From contig CM022673.1 in NCBI GenBank assembly GCA_012295275.1, positions 3,038,001 to 3,102,000 of the forward strand: DNA of 64,000 nucleotides. Reading direction: 5' to 3'. Shown here one piece after another: positions 50,225 to 62,400 of the stretch. This DNA is from Chrysomallon squamiferum (Eukaryota; Animalia; Mollusca). Position numbers and translations under genes: made by a program. The notes under the pieces are model-generated. The model saw only the letters and a program-made list of their open reading frames with translations. It did no database searches and had not been told where the DNA came from. How positions within the stretch are numbered: the first letter of the stretch is position 1; each line of letters opens with the position of its first letter.

Positions 50225-50368
50225 CATCATAAACTTAACTAGATAAATACATTTTTTTTTATTATTATTTTTTATTTTATTATTTGTATTTCTTTGCTCC
50301 CGAATCCAGTTAGTGATCTTTATATATTCCTAATCAGGTTTTACCTCCTCGACTCGTTAAAGAACAAT
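49290..50368 (+). repeat. Local 73-bp direct repeat (49290-49362 and 50296-50368), with a partial third copy at 46022-46050
   Basis: GCTCCCGAATCCAGT...TTTATATATTCCTAAT...TTAAAGAACAAT appears twice about 1 kb apart; GCTCCCGAATCCACTAACTAATTTTTATA at 46022. Confidence 0.8.
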
Positions 50369-52507
50369 AATACTAATGTGTCGTAAACACGTTATTATTA
50401 ACAATACAGAGATCAATACAGTGGATATTAAATAAATATAAGATAGTGTGATAGGTCACGTCTAAGTGTAAGTAATGTTGTTTTTAATAATGGCAGCCAA
50501 AATCAAACAGTCATTTCCTCTTTGTGTGTGGTATTTATATTTATCAGAGGCGGATCTATTTTTAGTTACATTTATTATTTTATTTTGAAAAGCAGCATTT
50601 TTTTTGATTATTATTTTTTTATGATTTAAGTTAACACAGAACACTATATTTATGTGTTTATATACACAATCGTACGTATCTTACGTGTGTGTGTGTGGGT
50701 ATATATATATATATATGTATACACACACACACACACATATATACATAGGCATGAACAGAAATCTTTCATTCTAAACATATTTCCTCTGTCTATGGATAGG
50801 TACATACAAAACATTACTTACTGCTGTTAATAACATTTATGCATGAAATGCCGACAGTGTGTTTCCTTTTTCATATAAACGTTATACACAAAAATAGAAA
50901 CACAAAAGAAACAATTATTTAACACTTAATTACCGTAAATATTAAAATATATTAGCGTATTTTTGAATAGAATTTCGTTCGATTTGTTTTCGACCATGTC
51001 CTACTTTCTGGATAAAGTGTAACACGTTACATTATATTACAGTCTGTAATATTCAGATTACTTTTTTTATACACGGAAATGGGATATCAATCATTATTAT
51101 ATTTATTATTACTCTGCTCATTGATTTTTGTTTATCATAAATTTAGTACTTAAAAAGATTAAGTACTGTTATAGAGATAGTACACATAACATTATCGACT
51201 GTCATGAAATGCGTAGATTGAGATTTCTTTCGGAACATTTCGCCTTTTTCCCGAACTCTTCGATTTCCGAAGACCACACGAGGATACATTTTGTTTTCTT
51301 TCTTTCGTGTTCTTATTTTTGGTCTCCTTTTTACTGTTGTTGTTTTTGTTTTTGGTGTTATTGTTTATTATTATTTATATTATTATTATGTAATATAATT
51401 GTATATATTTATGTCTGTCTGTCTGTTTGTATGTATGTGTTTATGTATCGGTATGTGTGTGTGTTTATATATCTACGTATATGTATGTATAATTTATATG
51501 TCTGTCTATATGTGTATCGAATTTATATACGTTTATAATTTTGTTTGTGTGTATATTTTTACAATTCAGTGCTAGCATAAATCGATCACACTTCCGTTTT
51601 GAAACAGGAAAACATCAGAGGTATCACTGAACTGTCACCCAGTATCTCCGATTTCGATTAATCGATTATTTCCAAGACTTGAATGATCGATTCTTGTATT
51701 ATTCAAAAATTCGCTTAGACGCTATGTTTATAAAACAGATGATGATGACTGTTTGAATTTTCAAAATTATGTACCAGACAGTTTTGAACTCGCACGGTTT
51801 GGCGAGAAAGCGTTTGGGCACTGCAGTTCGCGGACTCTTGTAATTCGACGAAAACAACACTTTCTGGTGCAGGAAATATCCTACAGTAAAATTATTTGTT
51901 TTTGGAGAAAACACATCTTTAGAAGTGAACTGAACTGAAAAAAAATTAACGTGCTAATCAGAGCTAGCTGTTGTGAAGCACGTCTACGACGGGCACGCTT
52001 TCTGACAGGTCAGCGGGCGTGTCTATCGCAGATCTTTAGATATGTGAAGTGAAAACAAATTAACACAAGGGAGTGTCTAGCATATCGGATCGTAACGAGT
52101 CGGTTCCGATGTTTAGAAGTGTAATAATAAAGATCAAATGCTTTCCGTGTCAGTGTTCAGCAAGGGTGTCCGCAGATCTAAGGTCACTATCCATTGACAA
52201 ACAATCTGGACTCGGGTAAAGTCTGCGTACGTCGCAGGTTTATTCATATAACTGCCTCTGATCTCAGGGACCGCTAAAGACTGGTACTGCTGAATATAAA
52301 TAAAAATAAATAAATTCTACACACTGTACATCTGTTATGTTCTTTTTATTCGGAAAAAAAATTCCCAACTTTTCGTGTCTGTCACAGCGGTTGTTGCTGA
52401 AGACCAATCTTTTTCTTCTGTTAGTTTTTGAAATCTGTTTTTATTTGTTTGTTTTATATTTAGTATATATTAATTTTTTTTCTGTTTGTTTCAGTTTAGA
52501 AGACAAA

Positions 52508-53298
52508 ATGAAACTAAGAGTGATAATTCTTCTGAAAATATTAGGCTTTCTCTTACTAACGCATCTAAAAGGTATGTGGCAAAGCATTTAAATATGTTTG
52601 ATAATCATAAAATGTCAGTCTTCTGTATTCTAGGCTAACTTGTAAAATATACCTACCATAATACAAATAGCCTTTATAAAATATATTGTAATCTTTGTAA
52701 TCTTTTGGATACTACTACAAACAAATGTTTGTGTAACCAGTTTGCACGTATGTATGTATGTGTGTGTGTCTGTGTATATAAGTATGTATGTACGTAAATG
52801 TATGTAAATGTGTGTATATATATGTATGTATGTATGTATGGATGTTTATGCATGTATGTATGTATATATGTATGTATCTATATATGTACATTACAGTGTA
52901 AAGCATGCAAAAACATATATGACAGAATAGCACGTATCTAACAAGAAACACAGAGAGTGGTAGAAAAGAGAGAGAGAAAGAGAAAATAAAACAAGATAAC
53001 GCATAAACAGACACGATCAGATTCCAGATTTCTTACTGCAGATGTCCCCGCGTGTTCCAGTGACTACGACTGCAATCCTAACAACAAAAGCAGATGTTAC
53101 AGACTGTCTACAACTGCGAGGAACTATAACGAAGCTATCCAGTCTTGTAGGAATGATGACGGAAACCAGTTAGTGATGATAGAAAATGGAGCTACGAATG
53201 AATTCGTCACGAATCTGATGCAAAAGTCGGAGTAAGTTCAATGTCTTTTAAAAAAAAAAATTTCCTTAGGTGTAATTTGTTTATCTTAACACCGATCT

Positions 53299-53350
<52 letters not shown>

Positions 53351-55022
53351 GAAGAAGAAGAAGAAGAACTATATCGAGACTATAAAATCAAAAACAGTCA
53401 TGGAAGCTTTCATTTCTTTCGCTACGAGTCTTTAAAACCAGGCAGACTGTTTGTAATGCTGTCATTTCAATTAGGTGTATTACTGTAACATTTTTATTTA
53501 TTCTGTGACGTCATTTCGTACAAGTATGGCTGCGTGTTTGTACGAAATGACGTTACAAAATAAGGGAACGAACTGCTTTTGAAAATAAACTTCATTAAAC
53601 GAACACTAATTCTTTATTTATTTCATTCTTTGTCCCATTATTTCTTCCTTTTTTTTTTTTTTGGTCTGTCATTCCTCTTTCTTTTCCTTCCATAACATTT
53701 TAATGAACTTATTTCACCAATCGCATTTCAGACAAAAGTCGTTCTTTCTTGGTTTGGACGACAGAATTAAAGAAGGGCGGTTTATTTGGATTTTGACGTC
53801 ACAAACCCTCTCATGGACAAATTGGGAAAACAGTAGAAACAGCCATAGTCTCGACTGTGTGGTAGCCAAGCGGGCTGACAGCTGGAAGTGGTCTGTTCAG
53901 AGCTGTTATAGAAAAGCCTCCTACATATGCGAGTGTACAGGTGAGAAAAATTGACTTTCTGTTTTAGTTAGCTTTCATCTGTCCACTATTATTATCGTCA
54001 TCGTGACTATTGTTTGGGTATTGTTATTACTGTTGTTTTTGTTGGCATCATAATTATTGTTGTTGTTGTCGTCGCTGTTGCTGCATTGTTGTTGTTGTTG
54101 TTTTTGCTGTTCTTTTCTTCTTCTTCTTCTTATCAGTATCATCATCATTTTCGTAAAGGTCTACCTTTAATCTTTAATGTTATTGTAAAATTTATTATAA
54201 ATATACCATTTATCTTACAGACCTAAAAAAATTAAACCATTATTTTTTTTTTTATCACACAAGTAAGTAAATCAGTAAATTTATTTCACAGATCCAAACA
54301 ACCTAGAGCCTCCGTTATCTAGTGCAATTAGTTCGACGGCATTGTATTCCTCAGAAGAGTCAACGACGGATGTATCATCTTTACTAGAAAGTTTCACAAC
54401 GCTGATGACAGCAACACCAGCTTTAACGTCGCGGTTACCTGCAGAGGAACAGACTTCAGGATCAGCGTACACGCCAGAGCTGACAACTGAGATGATACTT
54501 TCCACACAACACAATTTTACTGAGTCCCAACCTTCGTCATCTGACGTCCTATTCATGTCCTCAACAGCTGTTGGCGAAAACTCGTCGGAAAGTTCATTAG
54601 ATTCTGCAACAGCAGTCAGTTCGCCGGCATCCTCTGTTGTCGTCTACCGCTCATCTACCGTTTCTTATTCCGTGGAAACGTCGACGTCATCAAACGAAGT
54701 AGTAACGCCTGCAGGGGTCGTCAGCACTGTGAAACCAAATAAATGTACTAAGTGTACATGTGTCGGTAGAACTCAGGGATTCTTCGCAAACAAATCGCTG
54801 GATGAAGTGTTGGATTATCTACAGGAAATGATTACAGCGGCTGCGCAGAGAAAGAAGGCCAGTAAGAAAAGCTCTGTTCCGGATCCTAGATTTAGCAGTC
54901 GAATGATTGGTTCTGGAGCTGTAACCATAGTGACGCTGACCTTGTTGTTATTGGTTATTATAGATTTGCCTAACCTGTTTAAAATGTTTAGAATTATGAA
55001 AGACAACATACAAAATAAGTAA
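52508..55022 (+). CDS. Type I membrane protein: signal peptide, C-type lectin-like domain, Ser/Thr-rich stalk, Cys motif, C-terminal transmembrane helix (about 397 aa)
   Basis: Exons 52508-52571, 53042-53231, 53732-53940 and 54292-55022 splice in frame (1194 nt). CTLD landmarks: CYRL, A...C, LVMIE, FFLGLDD..EGRFIW, WTNW, DCV, W...SC, YICE. TM segment GSGAVTIVTLTLLLLVII. An alternative in-frame acceptor at 53021 is possible. Confidence 0.9.
53498..53563. ncRNA. Intronic 66-nt hairpin (pre-miRNA-like or MITE relic)
   Basis: Arms TTATTCTGTGACGTCATTTCGTACAA and TTGTACGAAATGACGTTACAAAATAA pair over 26 bp with one mismatch and one G:U. The hairpin is directly visible; any function is unproven. Confidence 0.35.
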
Positions 55023-55168
55023 GTTTATACTGATTAAAGTGATATAATATTTTTTTTTTTTAAATGAGAAAGAAACAAAGAAACAAACGTGAAAATGAGA
55101 AACAAAATACACAACACAGCAACAGCTATGAAGAAACAACAAAAAATAGAAAAATCAAAATAACGACA

Positions 55169-55254
<86 letters not shown>

Positions 55255-56803
55255 ATCACACACACTCACAAACACACACACACACACATACACACAAACA
55301 AACACAAGTAAGTGAAATGAAATATCAGAAGTCAGTTGATGACGAAGACTCAGAAAAACATATCTTGGATATATACCCGGCGATTCGATTACGATAAAGT
55401 GATAATGCGTATTTACAACTCTTGAAATCCTATATTCAGTGGGTCCGTCGTAAGTCGATTTTCGATACAAGTCGGAATTACCACAGCCTAAGTCACTTAC
55501 CTAACCTAAGACACCCTAAAGTCATACGTATATCTATATATCAAGACACAGAACCAGGACGTAGGAAAATTAAACGCAGAACATAAATGTAGTACCGAAA
55601 AATGACAAAAATGAATCGAAACAAACAACAACACAAACACGAAAGTGAGAGAGCGGATGTAGACAAAGCACGCGGTACCCAAGGAACGAACGCTGGGATA
55701 CAAGCGACATCGCATCTCCCAAACACCGCGTAACGACGTATTCATCCGCCGCACTCTCAAACAAGTTCGCCAGCACTGTATGAATGTTTAGTCGCGCTGC
55801 TTCGAGTCGACATTTATTTAAAGGATTACCGCCGTAAAGTCGAAACGGCGCAGGACGTCGAAGGTCCCCTGTAACAGACGTTTATATTTACCAGCTTTAT
55901 CACGATAATAGCACATATAACTGCACATATTAACAGTCACAATCCGATTTTTTCATTGTCAGAAAATGGTAGATGTCTGTGAGCGTGTATGTATGAATGT
56001 GTCTGTGTGTGTATGGGTGTCTCTTTCTGTGTGTGTGAATATATGCTTACAGTGTTGCTGTTTTAGCTTTTTTTTGGTAATAAATGGCTCGAATAGGTTT
56101 TAATTTCCTCTTTAATATTTAAAGGTAGACTGTCTTCGATGGTAAAAACTCTTTTGCTTAATGTATGTATGTATTCATTTCTGTATGTGTGTCTATCTGT
56201 GTGTCTGTATGTATGTATAGATAGACAGATAGACAGATAGATAGACAGATAGATAGATGCTGTATATTTAGTTATGTGTATATATCATTCTCATTTCATA
56301 TTTCAGACTTTTCAGTCGTCATGTCTTACCTCTCTCTAATTATCTCTTTCTCTTTGCCTTCTGCATATCTCAACATATCTATCTGGTTCATCACGTCTAT
56401 CTAAGCTCCGTAAAACAAAATATTTCTTTTGCATGAAATATGGATATGTTAATGTACACACATAACTAGACGTGTCTAGTTTTTGTTATTTCTTCGAAAG
56501 TTGAGTTATTTTTCTACGCATCTGAGAAAATTTAAGAATAGAATACTTAATTCTTTCACCTTTCTTTGTTGTGTTTTCTATTATATTTGCCATTTCGCGT
56601 AAACTAACAACGATTATAAGCTCACTAAAATGAACAGCACTTGCTTATTAACAAATTATTTTAGAGATACGGTTTACTATCGTGCTTTGTTTAAATTGCT
56701 GTCTGAATGTAATATATAAACATGTCAAAAATCTTCTTTCTCTTTTGTAAGATTTAGCTAAAACCACTACCTAGCCTTTCTATTCTGTTCTATTTTATCT
56801 AAA

Positions 56804-56846
<43 letters not shown>

Positions 56847-56982
56847 GTAATAACAGTAGTAATAATAATAACAATCTAAAATATTTTAATCTTATAAAAA
56901 TATTAATACGATAATCAAAATAAATAAAATAAAATAAAATAAATAATTTTAAATTTTAAAAGGAAAGAAAGAAAGTAAAATA

Positions 56983-57041
<59 letters not shown>

Positions 57042-57424
57042 CAAAAATAAATAAAAACCCAGTAAACATTTAATCAGCATTACAACATTTAAAAGTATAT
57101 GAATAATATGAATAATAATATGTCATACTAAAAAGTCAAAAATGAAAAATAGTATCTGAATATTAACTAGAATCAAACTCATTTACGTGTCTGAAAATTA
57201 ACTAGAATAAAATAAAATAAAATAAAAACAAGGAATCAAATTTATAATTATCTATAACAGAAAGAAAAAACCCACAGTGACCGTTACATATGTATATACT
57301 TATCTCAGCCATTGTATTAACCAAATCGAGAGACAGAGAGAGACAGAGAAAGAGGAAGAAATAAAAGAAAAACAATATATGGGTTATTATTTCCGCTGAG
57401 TATGAACGCACTTACCACGTAACT

Positions 57425-57633
57425 GAATAGGCGGGCGCGTATTGTTTTGTAAATGAGGCGAGTGGAAGGGTTGTTCTGATTCTGGTTTATGACTCAGCCG
57501 TGTTAAAAACATTGTCTTGGGATGCTTGGCTTCCAGTCACTTGGTATCTTGTTCTTGCCACGGTTTTTTGGTCACACGTGAAAAAAATAAAAAAATAAAA
57601 AAATAAAAAAAATAACGCCAACAGAGAACACAG
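57425..57633 (+). promoter_or_regulatory. Candidate promoter and non-coding first exon of the Ras-like gene
   Basis: GC-richer patch with GGCGGGCGCG, AP-1-like TGACTCA (57490) and E-box CACGTG (57575), followed by a strong donor CAG|GTAAGA at 57633. Confidence 0.35.
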
Positions 57634-58923
57634 GTAAGAATATTTATGGCGATGCGATGTATCTTCCGTGAAACGTGTAACGATGCTGGAGAGCGGAGAC
57701 GAATGAGGGAAAACGGCTCTACGTACGTAGAGGTATTATGTGTATGCAGTTTGCTGCTTGATCGAGCTCCATGCTAAAGGTGTTGGTGGCTTATTCGTAG
57801 AAGTCTATCGTGTGTTTGTGAATATCTGACGTGCATGTTGATGAAGAAAGGTAAACGAGTTCTTGCTGCAAGAGGACGACAGTTGACTCAAGTGTTGTTA
57901 TTTGATGGATATCGGTAGTTAGCTGACTGGCGAGAATTACTGTTATCTGATGAAAATACTCATAACGAATTATTACCACGACAGGATAATAATTAACTGG
58001 GTGTTAACTGGTGGAAATGAAAACGGAATACTCAAACTCTAGCTGGAACGGGATAATTAAATGAATATCAAGAATTAGTATTAATTTATAGAAATGAAAA
58101 TGAGTAACAAATTATTGATACGAGAGGAAAATGAACTGAAAGAAATCAAAATGAAATAGGAACTCCAGCTAGAACGGGATAATTAACTGAAAGTCACAGT
58201 TATTATTAATTGAGAGATAAAAAGGACAATGAAGTCTTTTCTGGAATGGGATAATTAACAAGCATCAAGAATTATTATTAAATGATACAAAATAAGTTCG
58301 AAGTATAAATTATTGTTAATTGGTGCCAAGAATAATTGTTAATTCATTTTAAATAGCAAGTGGTGCAGTGCATTACTATTAATTAATGAAAATAAAAACA
58401 GAAAATTATATTATGCTAGAACGAAGTATATAAGTGAGTGTTAAGAATTAGAGGAAATATAAAGAAATATATAAATGTATTATAAATACAAAAGACACGT
58501 GTTATGATGCAGTACGAAGTATCAAGCTATTCAACTCTGAATACTAAAATCTGTTTGGGGAATTGCTGAATTAATGGATTTAATGAAGAAAACACTCTTG
58601 ATACCATTTCTCATTTGTAAAATACAACAATAAATATAACCAAAGCACAACAACAAACATAAAACATATAATAATAATAAGAAGAAGAAGAATAAAAGGG
58701 AAAGAAAGAATTTAAAATATTCCTCTTGACAAAACAACAGCAGTAGAAAAGTGAAACGGTTTCTGAACATAACGTCTTCAGACATTAGACAGAATCTACT
58801 GTAGCTGTATGATAACTGTCAAACGTTATTAATTAACATCGTCTACAACAGCAAACAAAACATCACCGTACTGTGAGACTCTAATCTCTCTGACGTTGTG
58901 GACGTCGTCGTCGAAGCTGCGAC

Positions 58924-59041
58924 ATGTGGTGTGGATCGGGCAGGTCTGGACGAGAGAGGTTGCGGTCAGACAGCGAATGTTCGAGTTACGAAGAGGAGTC
59001 AAAGATTGTAGTTGTAGGCAGCGCCGGAGTTGGAAAGACAG
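58924..59041 (+). CDS. First coding exon of a Ras-family small GTPase (possibly RERG/RASL11/RASL12-like); remaining exons not found in this window
   Basis: MWCGSGRSGRERLRSDSECSSYEEESKIVVVGSAGVGKT contains the beta-1 strand and the GxxxxGKT P-loop, followed immediately by a phase-1 donor CAG|GTGAGT. Confidence 0.8.
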
Positions 59042-59337
59042 GTGAGTTTTTGATTTTTTATTAATGTACGTGAAAACTCAGCATGATTCCAGCACAGATT
59101 ATTCAAGCACATTTGTCATGGACACAACTTCTCGGTTTGTCGGAGAGTTTTGTTCAAGACTCTGTGTATTAATACAAGAGCGTTAAGCGCTGAGGAAAAT
59201 GATTTTCCGCCTTTAAGAAGATGCAAATAATAGATAATTAGCTTGGGGGAAAATACATTCACACACGCACATGCATGTAATATAATGTTACTTTCGTTAA
59301 ACATGACTCGTTGCTTGTTGCTGTGAATATAGCTGAT

Positions 59338-59429
<92 letters not shown>

Positions 59430-62400
59430 TTTCTATCAAAAACTGCATTCCAAAATGATGTATGTCTTTATCTATGATCATACTTTGTAAATATTTATAG
59501 AATCTTTATATTCACGTATAAAATATGGACGGACGCCAAAATAAATTTGATGCCAAAACAATCTTTTATAAACAATAAATTCAGTCAAGATTTTTCTTAT
59601 GGGTTCTAAATAATATTAAGCATCTGTAATTTCCTTTCGCATGATTTATGAATTTGCTTCGTGCCAAAAATTCCTAACGGTTTCATTAAAATGATACGGT
59701 GCTAACTAAACACGCAGAGTTGACACAGGGCAAGTGTGCGGTTGAAAAAAAATTAATTGAAGAATTAAAATATTTATGAACGACAGAATGAACGAAGGAT
59801 GGAAAGGAGAACGAGAGGAATGGATGAAAGGGAAGAATAATAAGTGTAAAGAATGTTAAGTAAGAAGAGAAGAACCGAAACGAAAGAGAAAAATTAATAA
59901 ATGCCAAGAATGTTGATTAATCACACACTAAAATATACATGATCCGTGATAATGATGGATGAATACGCTATTTAGTTAATGAAAGAAATAAAGAACAATG
60001 TATCGAAACGCAAATGGTGATTAAATGATTTGTTACGGAAATTTGAAATCAAGCGTGTTCAGTGAAGCTTTTACAAAAGGATTCCCATAAGTTACTGATC
60101 GCAACATGCAAGCAAAACTACTCATTTATAACAATTCCCTACTCTATAATGGCAATTTTGGATATTTCCCCATTCTTAATTTTTTATAAGTGTCTTTTAC
60201 ATGTTTATCAGAGTGTTATTTCTTGAGAGGATGGTTGTGTAACTGAACTTGATTGCACTTGTTAGGATGATCCTTAACTACACCTGGTTGATTTTGGTGC
60301 ACAAGGAAGCCACAACAAGGTGGCTTCTAACAATATCCAGTTGCACACGAAGCCACAACAAGATGAATTCTAACTAACTGCCAACTGCACACAAGATGAG
60401 GTCTTTATAAGGCGGCCATTGCGTAAGATTTAAGTAAATCAAGCAGTTTTATATGTCAGTACTAATGAAAATTATTGGTTGGTTAAAGTTTAATAAAAAA
60501 ATAAAAAAAAATAAGAAAAATAATTCGGTTCTAAGTGTGGTATCATATATCTGAATACTAATGTGTGGAATGGGGGAATTTTCCGAGTGGGGAATTGTCT
60601 TTGTGGGGAATTGTCCAGTGAGAAATTGTCCGTTTACCGTATTTAAAGGCGTGTGTTAGTATGTGTATACCTGTATGTATTTTTGTATACAAATGTCTCA
60701 GGTGTTTATGTACAGTAATATAAATCTAACGTACCCACGTCCACGCAGACAATGAGGAAAATGATGCACCACGTCATCGTTGTGGTAGAGAAATGAAGCC
60801 AGCAATCAAGCAACAGAAAGAACCTGGTTGGATTCGAAAATTCATATTTTGAAAAGATGAGAGGAGTGAACCAAAGCACCTTCCAATCACATCTAGATTA
60901 TTTCTGTTGGCTGCAGATGAGGAAGAATACTGAAGATCTTTTACTTGCGTTTTCAGCAGATGTTCGCTCAGTTCATAGATAATAAAAAGAAAATTTGTTT
61001 CATTTATGCCGTGAAAAATGATAAAAAAACCCCCCAAAACTCCAAGAATAAACAAAATAATAATTAAAATAAGCGCAACTGATCACACATCAAAGTAGAA
61101 TTTGCTCGATGTAGATCACTAGATCGAGTACATCACACGCCAAAGCAGCACCAATTAAACGAATAAAATGATAGAGACTCAGACAGAGGTTGAGAGAACA
61201 CACAGAGAAGGCTCATTATTTAGTTATAAACAGAGGATTAGTATCAAGCAGTAAACGAGAAGATGCAGACAAATATTTATTTACTACTAGCTGTTAGATA
61301 TCAGTGTTATTTACATTTTGTTTGATTAGACTAAGTATGAGGGGGGAGGGAGGATAACAATCGCTCGAACTTTATCAAAATCCTCCACAAATAGACTAGA
61401 GCGCGTATCACAGGAATCAGAACGTAAAACACATGGTCACAACAAACCGTTTAGAACGTTCACATCTGGAAGCGTAAATCTGAGCACATAAAACCTTTAC
61501 GTGTTCGAAAACTCGGAACGAATCGGCCACGTGAATAAATTCAGATAAGCTGAATGTTTCTTGATGATGAATTTTAAAAAGATACCCTTTTTTTTTGTAA
61601 TCTGAAGCTAAGTTGATAATGATATCTCATTTGTTTATTTATTTGTTTATAACTGAAGTGGCTTCTGATTTTACTTCTTCCTTTCGTTTCTCTTTTATCT
61701 TCATTGTTTTATATATATATATATTTTTTTTTTGACATGTGCTCGGCAAATGTGCGATGGTTTTAGGATAGATTCCTGTCAGTGGATTATTGAGGTTCTG
61801 TTTTCCGCTGCCAGTGCCCGGTGAAGTGACATACTAGAGATTTTCTTAACCAAACATTTTTATAGTTTTTGTTCTGACATATTTAAAAAAATATATATAA
61901 AAATTCGTTTATTTGTTTGTTACTTTTGTGGTCGTGGCTCTTAATTCATTCATTCATTCATTCATTTATTTATTTATTTATTTATTTATTTAAATTTTTT
62001 CTGATTGTTGGTTCCTATCTTGTTTCATTATCAAGTTTTTTAATGGTTATTTTCGAAATTCTAATTTCAGGTCATTTATTTCTTTGAAATAAGTTTTAAA
62101 CTTTATATAATGTTTACCAGTCATTAAACAAAAATTAACATTCTTCTGTATTATCATTTTTCTCTTTTTTTTTTCGATTTCCTGAACCACAGTATATAAA
62201 TAAAAAAACATATCGTAACTTCGGATGCTATTATCATTTTGAACTTTATTTCCCATAATCACGTGTATCTGTAATTGCAATACCGTCACTTCACATTCAC
62301 TGCTCAGACGTTCTTGTATTTATTTTCATTTCCCACTGCCATTATGTTAAGCTGCATTATCTGCAGCAAGCAGAATGTGGCGCCATATGGAGTCAACATG

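Noticed and set aside
61830-61866. FLTKHF peptide resembling exon 2 of RERG-like GTPases
   Set aside because: No suitable acceptor or phase and no flanking similarity; probably chance.
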